Shown one piece after another: positions 24,931 to 38,323 of a stretch of 64,000 nt of DNA. A program made the position numbers and the translations under genes. The stretch comes from Lytechinus pictus (Eukaryota). The first letter of the stretch is position 1. Each line of letters starts with the position of its first letter. The stretch lies in contig NC_087252.1 in NCBI RefSeq assembly GCF_037042905.1, positions 19,222,001-19,286,000 on the forward strand. The letters are read 5' to 3'. The notes under the pieces are model-generated. The model searched no databases, was not told the DNA's origin, and saw only the letters and a list, made by a program, of their open reading frames with translations.

Positions 24931-27051
24931 AGACCATCAATTTTCAGCCATGAAATAGATAATGATGGAAACAAAAACCCAAACCCTAGGCAAAAAAAAA
25001 GAAAAGTGGGCAATTCTAAATTGCTATATATTCCTTATTTATTATATTATTCGTTGGATTTTGTCTTATTATCCTATTCTCAACGCGCGTTAGCTGTTAC
25101 ATTTTAATATTGCCTTTTTCTTTTTGTGCGTGTTTTTTTTTTTGTCTAACGAATTCAAACTTATCAAACTGAGACATGAAAAATCATGACGGAGTGTAGC
25201 TGTTAAAGTTGGTGCCCATTTCTGTTTTTATGGGGGGCTTAGCTTTTTGTACGCTAAATGAACATTAAAAAAATATATATATCGTGAAAAATGCCAGAAC
25301 TTATAGAGATATAAAAAAATAAGGAAGACAACTAATTTATGTGAATGCTAAACTTGTTGGATAGCCAATAAGTTTCAGGGCAAAGCGATATTTACGATTG
25401 TGGCCCTGCCGATCTGCTCTTCACTGAAAAGTGTGCATGTGGATGTGCAAATAAAAATTAATAATAAAAGATCAGAAGAATCTATAACTGGCCTGGAATC
25501 ATGATTAAGAAGAAATCAAAGTTTTAACTAACTTACTATTTCTGTTGCTCGATAGGACCTGGTGATGTTGCCTCTGTGCTTTAAAGTCCAGTAAATGATA
25601 GTCCGAATGGGTATCAAACTGACAGTAACGAAATTACAAATTTGTTTCCAAAACTATATATGAACGAAAAAGTTCTCACGCGACTTAATCATAATATAAG
25701 CAACATTCAAAAGAAGTACCAGCTATAGTACTGCTGTAAATGCTTTGTGGTTATTGAAACGGTCGGTGCTAATGTGGCAAGTTTATAAAGAAATCCCCAT
25801 CGAATGATGGTCAGCACTTGAGTGGCCATTCATTTGCTTTGTTTGGATATTTCATTATGATAGCCCACATGGTCATTGCTTTGTGATCGTTCAGAATTGG
25901 CCAGGATGTCCCGTTAATAACCCTCATTGAAAAAAAAGAGATCGGCGCGCGTAAAAGGAGATCTTTCGAGACCCCGTGTGAGGCCGACCCCGCTTTTTTC
26001 CACAATGATCCCATGGACAATAAACGGGCTCGTTTGCCTATGTTTTGTGTCCTATAATTATATATAGCTACTATAAGAGTCATTTATACAAAAGGCATGG
26101 CCCTGGGAACAATTTTCTGAGAGGGGTGCTGGTTTAGGGAAAATGACAAAAAAAAGCGGGCACGCTCCAAAATGAAAGCGAATTTGGTCAGAAAATACTG
26201 TACATGACAAGAAAAAGGGGGTTCTCGCCCCAAAATGGAGGTGACATTGGTCAAACTTCTACTCCTTAGCATACCAACATGATTTCCAGGGAGTGTTGCC
26301 TATACGCATACGTCTTAGGGGGTCTTCAGCACCCCCGCTTCCCAGATCATGTTTGTATGTACATGGTGATTTTTGTCAACATCGGTCCAAAAAAATAAAA
26401 AATGACAGATCAAAGAGGCATTATTGCTTTGTCTAATACTAATTTTCTTTTAGTTTTAGCGGGCGGGCTGAAGGCGCTGCTCGGGGTTGTGTAATCATAT
26501 AGGATCTTTTTCTTTTATACATAGGAGGCCTAAAACTGACTGGAGAAAAAAAAATAGGGAAGAGTGATTATTGCATATACTCAAACGGGGATGCATGCGA
26601 CCAGATCATCAAAGATGCAGGCATAGTATTAGGCCCTATTTAATTAGCCATATTAAAAAAAAAATTAAACCATTATTCCATTATTAAGGTAAGTGTGCTG
26701 AGAAATAAATATTAGAGAAACGATTACTTTTCTTCATCAATGCAGACAAATAAAGCACTATAGGTACCCGATGTGAATAGAATATCTTTAAGGAAGTTGA
26801 GAAGTGCAATACTAAATAGCAAATAGTTCGGCATTTTAATTTCACGTTTTGAGATATAAATGTGGCCTTTTTCTGATCCATGCTAAATGAACTTTGTATA
26901 GAAAATGTCTTCTTACCAATTCTATTTCGATCTAATAAAAAAAAATTGGAAATGATTAGCTATAGGATTATACAAAAGGTTTTTTTTAATGGTTCTCACG
27001 AATACCGGAATAAGAATGAATTTAGTTGGCCTTAGTCTAGAAATGTTTAAT

Positions 27052-27602
27052 ACCCTTTTTACACACGCTAAATTTTCCTTAACCCCGTACTATAGGTGGG
27101 GCTAAATTGCCATTTAGCCCCACCTATAGTACGGGGTTAAGCTTAGCCCACTTTCTTTTTACACAGCATTTTTGCAAAGTGGGCTAACCCCACCTTTAGT
27201 ACGGGATTATTTGGCCCTGCAAAAAAGCAGGGTTATCCCAGCAATTGCGGTGCTAAGAGCGATAGTACGGGGTTAAGATCGCTAGTGTAAAACGAAAGTG
27301 GGCTAAGCTTAACCCCGTACTATAGGTGGGGCTAAATGGCAATTTGGCCCCACCTATAGTACGGGGTTAAGGAAATTGTAGCGTGTGTAAAAAGGTACGA
27401 GTGAAGTACTTGTACTACGAATGATCGACAAAAACCACTAGTCCGGGGTTAGCGAGTTTCGTGTGTGAAAAGCAAGCATTCCTTATCCGGGGTTAGCAAT
27501 AACAATTTGGCATGTGTAAAAAGGAAAAAAAATAGTACGGGGTTAAGGATAGTACGGGGTTAGCGATAGTCCGGGGCTAAGAAAATCCTGTGTAAAAAGG
27601 GT
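27052..27602. mobile_element. Foldback MITE with internal palindromes
   Basis: ACCCTTTTTACAC ... GTGTAAAAAGGGT termini; repeated TAGTACGGGGTTA motifs in both orientations. Confidence 0.8.
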
Positions 27603-27909
27603 AAAAGTGGTCTACGGCTGTAAAGTAGGAAGGGGATGGGGGCAGCGCTCTCTGAATCCAGGCCGATTATATTTCAAGGGTAAATACAGGGAAAGATGTG
27701 ATCCGCAACCCCATGCACTTCATTCCGAGTACATGTAACTTATTACCATGATTAACATGATTAAAGGGGCCCCCGCGAGGACGAAAGAGGGAGTGGGTTG
27801 CTGGTTAATTTACCCCCCCAAAAAAAGATTCAGCAACCCCGCTTCCCAGAACCATGTTTTATCCCTGCAGTTCTTCGCACTCCCCACTCTCTTCCTTTCA
27901 TCCTCTTTC

Positions 27910-28310
27910 GCCATGATTACCATCAGTTATCATTGCTCATCACAATCATCATCATCAATACCACACCACCAGAATCATCACCCTCCTGTTCTTCACCAGC
28001 ATCACCACCGCCATCATTACCATCATCGATGTCATCACCATCGACCTCTTCATCTTCATCAACATCATCACCATTCAACACCGTCATCATAATAATAAAC
28101 AACATTATCATCACCATCATCATCATCATCACCACCACCATCTTCATAATTTTTATCATCATCATCACCACCATCACCATCAACATCTTCATCATCACCA
28201 TCAACATCTTCATCATCATCACCACCACCACCATCACCACCACCTTTATCATCATCATCTTAATCATCAACATCGTCGTCGTCATCATCATCATCACCAC
28301 CACCAATTAT
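27910..28310. repeat. Degenerate (CAT/CAC)n microsatellite
   Basis: Long run of catcat/caccac triplets, producing low-complexity spurious ORFs. Confidence 0.95.
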
Positions 28311-29002
28311 ATCATCCTTCGACGCCTGCCTTGCAAGGCCTTGTATTTACAACCATTGCGATCAGCAAAGGCAAAACAAGGAAACATAAGGCTTTGCTAC
28401 CATACATCACATCACCCAAAATAAAAAAATCACAAAGTATTTCAATCGCTATCATCATTTATTATACATGGTACTTGCTACAAGTTATCTGCTCCACCAC
28501 TTAAGCTACATCTAGTGAAATATTTACAAGTGAGTTAAAAGAGAATATTCCTTTTCTTTCAGGGATAACTGACACATAAGTGTAAAAGCTTAGGGTACAT
28601 GAATGTTTTATAAAACACAATACAAAAAAAAGTCTACAAACTAAATACAAAACGCATGCAAACTTTGCTTGGCTTTATGAGAATAGAATATTAGGATAAC
28701 AATAGCGATCTTTTAAAAATGAAAAATCTTATATGATAGACCCAATTTCCAGTTTTGGTGTGCTATGAAAAGTGGTTAGAGTATTATTCATTTTTAGATG
28801 GTTAGTCAAATATGACATCAGCAAAATCAAGATGCTGTGAATTGTTTCTGCTCTCATGTTAAACATTTATCATCAAAGAGGTAAAATATAGATTGTGTCC
28901 ATTGGTGAAGGGACATAAACCATTAACCCTTGATGTGGTCTCAAACAATATTTAAACTTCCACATACAAAACCAAAGGGAGTTTGTTAGCCTGAAGAAAC
29001 CA

Positions 29003-29265
29003 GGCACAGTGGCTCAGTGGTAGAGGAGTGCCTACCACATGACCATGCCTAAGCAGGCCATGGGTTCAATCCCTGGCTGAGTCATATCAAAGACTTTTCT
29101 TTTAAAATAATGGTACCTTTTGCCATCTAGCGGGGTGCTCGGTATATAAAAATGGAGAAGAGTAATAATAACATATTGTGGTATGCAGGGCCCGCTGGAT
29201 GACGAGCAAATACCTGAAGTGACTAACTTGGGTAAATATGAGATATCATTATCATTACTAATATT
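29003..29265 (+). mobile_element. Degenerate tRNA-derived SINE with a MetaSINE-like core
   Basis: TGGCTCAGTGG A box, GGTTCAATCCC B box, gagtcatatcaaagactttt...aatggtacc core, ATT tail. Confidence 0.6.
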
Positions 29266-29751
29266 GTTTTTATTTTAGTATATGAACTGCAGTTATCACA
29301 TATGACAAAACATCAGATCAATTGCCAAAGAGAAGATCATAAGTGACTCTGTATAAATCTGCCATAAAAATACCAACAATTAACAGACAATCGTGTATGG
29401 CCCATCAGATATCACAGGGCTGTATATTTACATTATAAGGTAGGCAAAATGAGAATAAAATGAATGAGTTTAGAAAAAAAAGTGATTTCTGCTACCAAAA
29501 CTGGAAATGAGATTCAATATGTGATACACTATGTGTACTACTGGTTCAATTAAAATGAAATTGCAAGGAAACTAAAGTTATACCGAGGTTTTTTACCTGA
29601 CTGCTAAGAAAGCACGAATGCCTGTGAACAAGCAACCAGGGGACCAATAAACTGTTAAGGGGCATTGCATGAACATCTGACCAACTGAAAATCTATTTGG
29701 GGTTCCAAAATCATACCGTGCCATTAATTTCAAATTTGTGATTTATTGCTG

Positions 29752-30222
29752 GGCCCTGTCTCACAAAGAGTTGTGATTGATCCGATCAATCACAACTATG
29801 TAAATCCAGCAACATCAACATCTATTATGCATGTTTGTTCCAAATATTTTCTAACTACGATGTATATTCATACATTCATTGTTTTCTTGAAAATTCAGTG
29901 TGCTTCTCTTTGTTCTTAAAGGACATTGTTCAAATTTCTTGTAGAATATATTATGACAATGATGGATTTCCATAGAATTGAGGTTGATCGGATCAATCAT
30001 AACTCTATGGAAATCCATCAGTGTCATAATATTTTCTACAGTAAATTTGCACAATGTACTTTGTTAACAAAGAGAAGCATACAGAATTTTCAAATGAATG
30101 AATGAATATACATCATATCTAGAAAATATTTTGAATGGACATGCATTTTTAGATGTATGATCTTGCTGGCTTTCCATAGTTGTGAAAGATCGGATCAATC
30201 GCAACTCTTTTAAGACGGGACC
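29752..30222. mobile_element. Foldback MITE made of two inverted ~235-bp arms, CTG TSD
   Basis: ctg|GGCCCTGTCTCACAAAGAGTTG ... CAACTCTTTTAAGACGGGACC|ctg; symmetry centre near 29990. Confidence 0.8.
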
Positions 30223-31137
30223 CTGAACTACTTCTTACAACAGAAATTCGCAATTGATTGCAAACATTTTCTTGCACCCCTCAAAGGTGGTACTCTAATC
30301 TGAAGGAATGAGACATAGTAAAGTTCTCACAATAATTTGGATATCCCCAATTTTCATTCCATTCTGTCATACAATGACGGTTGCCATACTAACAATACTT
30401 CTTAATTCTTGTTCTTGGCCAATAAAAATAAAGGATTCGATGTATTTGCCACTGAATATCAACTTGTCCATGATAACAACTTTTATGAAATCAGGCCCTG
30501 GGACCAGTAACAAAGGTTCACAATCAAGCAAATGTAAATGACCAATCAAGATCATCGTTACATGTGCCCTTTGTTCAAAACACTGACAAGGACCCAATGA
30601 GAGGGGTTCTTTCATACTTGCAATTTATTCAAACCTTTTATGTTACAGGTCCCTGGTCATCTTTCTACCACATCCAATCAATGAGAGTTGTTTGAAATAC
30701 ACATAAATCTTGCGACAGGCTTCTAAGTATTCTGGTACTTCACAAATTCGACTAAATAATGCAGATACCATGACAACCAGATTGATTCACATAAATTTAA
30801 GAAAAAAGAAAATATGGAAGAGCAAATTATAAGTAAGCAATTGTGGTATGTTACTTTTAACAATCTCTAATCTACTTCTGCAGCTCTTCTGCAGAAATCA
30901 GGGTTCCCGCCGCAATTATGGCATTTTTTTGTTTACACATTTTGTAGCGGATCACCATTTTATTTATTTGCATTGCCACAAAACTAAAACTAACTCACGG
31001 AAGGGATAATTTTATATAATTTTCTTGATTTAATAACACTCTTCCCTGTCCTGACTTCTGTGTTGTTTCACTAAGGGCATATCTTCCCATGATCACTTGT
31101 ATTGAGAAGATGAACACCAGAACTAGTTTCGTACTAC

Positions 31138-31632
31138 ATAAAGATTAGTTTCAACCCAAATTTGCTATAGACCAATCGAGTTGCAGGATACCAATAGCTT
31201 TTAAAACTTACAATTGAAAACATACTTTATGAAGCAATCCATAAAGATTAGTTTCAACCCATATTTGCTATAGACCAATTGAAATGCAGTACATCAGTAG
31301 CTCTTAAAACTTACAATTGAAAACATGCTTTAGGAAGCAATCATAAAGATTAGTTTCAACCCAAATTTGCTAAAGACCAATTGAAATGCAGTATATCAGT
31401 AGCTCTCAAAACTTACAAATGAAAACATGTTTTATGAAGCATTCGCAAAGCTTAGTTTCAACCCAAATTTGCTAAAGACCAATTGAAATGCAGTATATCA
31501 GTAGCTCTCAAAACTTACAATTGAAAACATGCTTTATGAAGCATTCGTAAAGCTTAGTTTCAACCCAGAATTTGCTATAGACCAATCAAATTGAAGGATT
31601 TCAGAAGCTTTTATAACTTACAATGGAAAACA
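31138..31632. repeat. ~103-bp minisatellite, ~4.7 copies
   Basis: ttagtttcaaccca..tttgcta.agaccaat recurs every 102-103 bp. Confidence 0.9.
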
Positions 31633-33341
31633 TGTATTTAACTTCATGCAATGTGGCCATGAAGAAATAACAATCCATACAACCAAATATTCTTGTCTTC
31701 ATCCCATCTCCTTTCAAAAGAAAATTGAAAAATAAATACCGCTGAATAAAACCCACAATTGCAGTACAGCCGGGAACCCAAAACCAATAGCCATATCAAA
31801 ATACTTGCAGAGCTGGCAAAGTTATAAATTCAAGAATTGGACAAGGCCATTCTCCGTTACTTCATTAAAATGCTTTGTATCAAAATCATCAAGAAAATGT
31901 CCAAACTTTGCTACACAATATCATAAATTTTACACAATCACGTATGTGCACAAGTAATTGCAATCTAGCATCTGATTCCATACATATTAGATACATGTAC
32001 AAAATTTCAATAACTTAAATTTCCTTATACATCAAAATTACAATGAAGAGTATGCATTGTCAACTACAAAAAAATGAATAGTATTCTACTGTTAGAATAT
32101 GAGAGAAAATGGATGATGTATATATACATAATTTACAAACCTATGCCATGAAATATCAATGTGTACATGTAGATGTATATAAAAAGAAATTGTTTCATGT
32201 AAATTCTAACACACACGCACATCCCGTAATGATATGCGTTAGGTGTTATGTGATGTACAAGTATAAGTGACAACAGGTATATAGATAGAAATGAATGTGC
32301 ATTATATCTGTAATGTGTGTCTTAATAATGGCCTTGTAAGGTACACAAAATATCACAAACTTAAAATACAATGTTTGTCTAACTAACATACTAGTATTTT
32401 TATACACTTGGAACACTCACTTGGCCTCTGGTATAGAGAAGAAAACGGTTGTCCAATAATTACTAAACATTTGTACAGCAATAACTTACAATAACAATTA
32501 ATTATAAGATAATAAATGCCAATGATTAATTCATTGATACGCCGTTTCAGAGACAATCAAATCAATTTGTATAAATTAGAGGTATCGAGTTGGTTAATAT
32601 CTTACATTATCCTCTTCCATAAAGACAATTACAATCCATTTCCATTAATCTCATGCATTCTTTGCCATCAATTCTGGATTTCTATCTCAAAGATCTAAAC
32701 AAAAATTAACCACAATCTCTCTTATGTGACAAAAACATATCTTTCCATTAGAACACTTCACATCATCAAGCACCAGAATGCAAGCACAAGGGGAGTTTCA
32801 CAAGCAGCTAAAATCAATCCCAAGATGCTCTTGACCAATCAAATCAAATCAAACTGATTTTTATCTCTTAACACCGATTTTAGCGATTTCAGACCGGGCA
32901 AAGCAAGAGGATATCACCGACTTACAGATCTTAAAGAAGTTTTACGTAAGCATCAAACAACTTAATGTCAAAACCTGAAATGACTGGCTAAGAGTTGACT
33001 TAGTTGACATTATTTCAACTTTAAGATAAAAAAAATCCAGAGTTATGTCACTTACTTGCACCTTTTAGTCTTTAATACATCCCTTTTCCTTTGAAAATTA
33101 AACAAATAGAACCACATCTCATTTCATCACAAATTAAAAAGCAATGTTCTCAGACATCATAAGTACCAGTTTCAGTTTTCTTTATGTAGAGTTTACCCAG
33201 AGCGCTTTCACACAAAGCATTGTAATACATGGAGACAAAGATGCAGTGTGAAATGGTTACTAATTTCTGAGTAAAGGGTATTCCCGATACAATCCTATGC
33301 TCCCATCAATAAATGCCTCCTGACTATCCTAATAAGAACAG

Positions 33342-33718
33342 GAGCTCGTAACACAAAGCTTAGCGGTGAATTGCAAATATGAAAGAAGAACACTTCTGAT
33401 TGGTTCCTGGTCAATATTTTGAACCAAATGCGCGTGTAACATTGATCTTGATTGGTCAGTAGATTTAGCGATTGATCGCTAATCTTTGGGTTACGGAGCC
33501 CCTGGGGGGTGTTTCACAAAGATTTAAGTATGACTTAGAGTCACACTTAAATGTCCAGTTGCATGCTGAATAAAAGGCATCACTGCTTTGGTCAAAAATC
33601 ATACTAAGAGTACACGAGTAACTGCGTATTAATCAATATGAGTGCACGTAAAATAATCATGCGCACGTCAGCACTAAGCATGACTTAAGTCATAGTTAGC
33701 TCTTTGTGAAACACCCTC
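33342..33718. mobile_element. Two different MITEs abutting at a shared CTG (33342-33501 and 33505-33718)
   Basis: cag|GAGCTCGTAAC...GTTACGGAGCCC|ctg|GGGGGTGTTTCACAAAG...CTTTGTGAAACACCCTC|ctg. Confidence 0.75.
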
Positions 33719-34535
33719 CTGAAGTATATCCTGTGTATAATATATTTAAAAAATACCATTTAAAATATGGCCAACCTTCTCTACTCCATACAATGTATCT
33801 TCTCTGAGTTGGTTTAAACTCTTCATTCAAAGCTTGACTAGATTTTTTCCAGGGCTTGTTATAATTGATCCGATCCCTCGCAACTATGGAAAGCCAGCAA
33901 TACCAACATCTAGGATGCATGGTTGTTCATAGTGCTCTCTCAAAAGGATTTATATTCAAATCAGTATGCACCTCTTTGTTTTCAAAGAAGTGATGTGTGA
34001 ATTTCCTATATGAAGAACTATGACATTGATGGATTTCTACATTTGCAATTGCTCAGATCAATAACCACTCTTTGCATAAGACATGGCCAGATCAAAAATC
34101 AACAACTTAGGGGCATAATGCACTCATTACTGCAGGATGAATTTTACAAACCATGGAACTCTTTAATGAGCACCTTGACTTTCCAAAGAGTGTATATTTC
34201 CTATATAAAGAATTAACATTAATGGATTTCTGCATTTGAGATTGATCAGATCAATAACAATTATTTTTTACACAGGGTCCACATCAAATATTAACAACTT
34301 AGGGGCATTATGCTGTCATTACTGCAGGATGAATCTCTCAAACCATGAAACAATTTCATAAGAACCATGACTCCATATATGAAATCTATGACGTCACGAA
34401 TATCAACACAACACTGGTTGGCGAACCCTTAAATCAACCATCACCAAGTACATTGCAATACATCCTTCACAAGTTCCTGAATGTCCGTTCACTCTCTTGA
34501 CGGTGCTAGAAGAAAATATCCCTGCCATTGGATAT

Positions 34536-36436
34536 CTATTTCTTTTTCTTGCTGCTGGGTGCATCTCCACTCAAAGACTTCCTCTTCTTGGAACCAGATG
34601 AGCTTGATTTTGGTGTTGCACTTGATGCTGCTTCTCCTTTTCCAGCTTTGTCCTCATCGACCTCTACCTTCTTTCGTTTGAGTTTCCTCTTCTCTCTGTT
34701 GACATCATTCTGGTTCATACGCTTGACCCTGACCTCTAGTCGGGCAAGGTGTGATATAGCTTGGTAGGCATCCTCCAGGTCGTTCATGCCGACCATTGCA
34801 CTGCTTCCATCGTCCAGCTGTAGCTTGAAGTAAACGCAAGCATCCTCGTCCACCTCGATCTCCTCAGGCACTGCAGCGATGTCCACAGGAGTTGCTGCTT
34901 GGCTACGAGCCTCTGTCTCGTACGCCTTGATCTTGTCTTCAATCTCCTTGATAACATGGACCTTCTTGGTTAGGGTGAGCTTAGGATCACAGATGTCTTG
35001 GCACAAAGGAACAATCTCAGTCATGCTGATGGGGTCGATGCTCCTCGCGGTCAGCCGGAACTGGATGTATTTGATGCGCTTGGCAAGGCTCTGCAAGAAC
35101 TGGTCGATCGCTCTGGCATCTTGACTCGCTCCATCTGCAGCACTGGCCTGTTGACTCTTGTTGTCATTGAGGTCTGTTTCCTGGTTGAAAAGCTTCATAG
35201 CTTCCTTGGCCTCTGTCTTTAGGATGGAATCTACCTCCCTCGACAGATCCTCCTTGTCCTCCATGGTCGTTGATGCCTGAACAATCTTCTCACACAGTGG
35301 GGTGATCTTCTTGCAAAGCGCTTCCGGTAGGAACTTGCTGGTCTGCAGCTGCTTGAGGATGGCTATAGACTCCAAAATTCTTGTCAAGACAAACTCTTCC
35401 TCCATTGAGTTTCCAGCAGCAGCGGTCGACTGCCCATTCGCTGATGTCAGTTTACAGACTTTGATCAGTTCGTCCACCTTCGGATCGGTTTTAACACTTG
35501 CTGCTAGATTATTGACCTTGAGCAATGTAGGCAGAGGTTCTCCTTTCGTGGGGACATTGTTTGCTCCAGGTTGCTTGGGTTTGATGCTGATGAAGTTCTG
35601 ACTGATAAACTGGGCGATCTTCTCAGGGACAAATCCATTGCCCAGCTTAGTAATGGTTGGCTTAATAGTAGGTTTGGTGGCAGCAGCTTTGTTAACTGGA
35701 GAGAAGGTTGTTGTAGGATTATGGATAATTGTTTTAGACAATGTAGGATAAGCATAGGAATTGTTGTTCACAGCCAATGTGATGGGCTTCTGACGTACCT
35801 GCAGCGAAGGAATGTTTTGAACGGATGCCACAGCCGAAACAGCCCCTACAGAATAAGCCAGCTTCGGCACTGGCATCAATTGAACATTGCTATGAGGAAC
35901 AGAGAGTAGTACACCACCGCCCCCCTGCACACCACCACCTAAAAATCCATTACCTACGCCATTGAGACCACTAATAACGGTTCCTACAGCACCACCCGCT
36001 CCAATGCCACTGCCTAGTCGAATGACCCCCTTCCCAAGCGTGTTCCCGCCCAAATTTCCAGCAGCTTTGATCTGAACGGGTATGCCATTCAGTAGACTCA
36101 GCTGACCGCTGCTCAGGTTCAAATTAAAAAGCTTGTTACCACCGACAACTGGTGTTGCACCGCCACTGAGTTGAGCATTGAGGGTGCCACCATTGAGTGG
36201 TGTCTGAAATGTACCGCCATTTAATGGAGTGTGAATAGAACCTCCATTCAAGTGAGCCTGAAAGGTAGTACCATTGGTGGGTAGTTGGAAGGTGCCTCCA
36301 GTGAGCTGTGCATGCAAGGTACCATTGGTCAAGTTGTTGGCTGGCTCAGTCGGTGCTGTGGTGGTTCCCTCGGTGCTGCTCAGCTTGGAACCTTTCTGAG
36401 AAGCATCAGTGACAGATATCTGGCTCACTTTGGATT
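34536..36436 (-). CDS. Multi-C2H2 zinc-finger protein, last coding exon (Gly-rich region, helical region, Lys-rich NLS-like tail)
   Basis: 630+ codon ORF; acceptor tcttttttatttag at 36437; phase 1 matches the preceding exon; stop TAG at 34536. Confidence 0.88.
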
Positions 36437-36559
36437 CTAAATAAAAAAGATAATGAAAAAATTGAAAGTCGATAGTTTATTTTGTAGGCTTATTCATGGT
36501 TACTTTCACAGATGGAAATAAAAAAATTACCGGCATTGCAAATGGTGGCGAATGATGGC

Positions 36560-36820
36560 AAAATGATGATTAGAATGATGAAGGTGGTAGTGGAGATAAT
36601 AATCATGAATTCTTTTATGTTAATAAATGGATTATGATGATGACGATGATGATGATGTTGATGATAATTATAAAGACAACAACGATGATGATGTTGAAAA
36701 TGATAATGTTCATGGTATTGATAATGATGATAATAATGATGATGATGATGATAATGACGATGATGATAATGATGATGATAACGATGATGACAATGATGAT
36801 GACAATGATACAGATGATTA
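36560..36820. repeat. (GAT)n microsatellite, intronic
   Basis: gatgat/gataat/gacgat triplets. Confidence 0.95.
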
Positions 36821-37589
36821 AGAGGGATAGAGTTTGAGATGAAGCATAGCTAAGCTCGATCCGATCCCCTAAAAAATGGGGTTCACAAATAAACTGAAAA
36901 GAATTAAATGAACTTTGCAAGAAAACAGTTCGGTCCATATTCACAAAGGTTACGTGGTTTCAATTGTACCATGGTACAAAACCATCTATAGACCATGCAG
37001 ATTTCTGGTAACATCGCGCACAATTTAGTGCCTTTCGCCAAAAGTGCACATTCTTTATTGGATTATAAAAGTGTATGTGATGAAATAAGCACAATTACGT
37101 ACACAAAATCTGCATAGTCCATGGTTTTAGATGGTACAAGTGAAACCACCTTTGTGTGCATTTAGCATTGAGCTGAAATGAAATACAGAATATCAAGTAT
37201 GGAAATACTGCTACTTTCTAAAGTGGGCACCAGCTATATCCATGTAATTAACATGAACTTTCAAAATACACCATGAACATGGATAAAATCATAATTTGAG
37301 GCAGTACCATAAGATGTTTTGTAACTGTCATCGACCACATTCTTTCATTGTGCACATAATAATAAATATACTGTGGACTGTGATGGTGTACTGGTGAGCC
37401 CGATAACATCATCCTGAGGAGCATTTCATGAAGAATTTTGCCAGTGATATTTATTGATTTATTTGCTCTCAGCCAATCAGATGCAAGGATTTCAGTAGCT
37501 TATAACTGACATCAATCTTCATGAAACGCTCCCCAAATTCAAAGTCAAATAAATAACATTAATATTTAGGCAACTATATTGCGCCATCT

Positions 37590-37832
37590 ATCTAGAAATA
37601 ATCTATTCCGAGGCACAATATCATTATTACCTCAGCTTTAGCTCAAACAGCCTCCGAGCGCTCAGTGCATTTCAAGGAATTAATCCTGCTGGGTACCCAT
37701 TCACCTCACCTGGGTTGAGATCTGCACGATGTGGGTAAATTTCTTGCTGAAGGAAAACACGCCATGGCTGGGATTCGAACCCACGTCCCTAAGATTGAAA
37801 GACGAGAGTCGTAACCACTAGACCACCACGCC
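37590..37832 (-). mobile_element. tRNA-derived SINE
   Basis: Reverse strand GGCGTGGTGGTCTAGTGGTTA and GGTTCGAATCC; same body as 8440-8652. Confidence 0.8.
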
Positions 37833-37950
37833 CCCACATAATCAAATTCACCTTATTCACAATTCATTAAAAACGTTGTATATATAACTCTAAAGTGACT
37901 CGAAACATACCAGAAAATGATGTGCTGTTTGGTGGGGAATTGAAACCTAC

Positions 37951-38323
37951 CAGAGGAAGATGTGCTGTTTGGTGGATTCCCTCCCTCTGTAGGTCCATTC
38001 TGCATCCCATTCATGGCGGGTCCATTCCCTTCACCAGGAGGGGGTGATGCGCTGCCATTGACAAGGACCTCTTTCTTATCATCATCGTCACCATTTTCTG
38101 TCTTCCTCTTCTTCTTCTTTGGCTCATCATCCTCCTCTCCATTGCCCTCATCCTTCTTTGTCTCCCCATCCGTAGGTTTCTCCTTCTCCTCTTCCTTCAT
38201 CTCCTCCTCTTCTTCCTTCGACTCCTCTCCTTCATCCTGTTTCCCATCTTTGTCGTCTGCTGCCCTCTTGGCCAGAGATTGAAGAGTGGGTATTTCTGGT
38301 TTGCCGACTGAGGTAGATGATGC
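37951..38323 (-). CDS. Zinc-finger protein, middle coding exon (acidic, PKKKKRK NLS)
   Basis: Acceptor tttttctattcaaag, donor TCTG|gtaggt; 373 nt; phase 0 in and phase 1 out, fitting both neighbours. Confidence 0.85.

Noticed and set aside
27748..28424. His-rich, Ile-rich and Met-rich ORFs (also 36615-36944 and 50656-50945)
   Set aside because: They are translations of CAT/GAT microsatellites.
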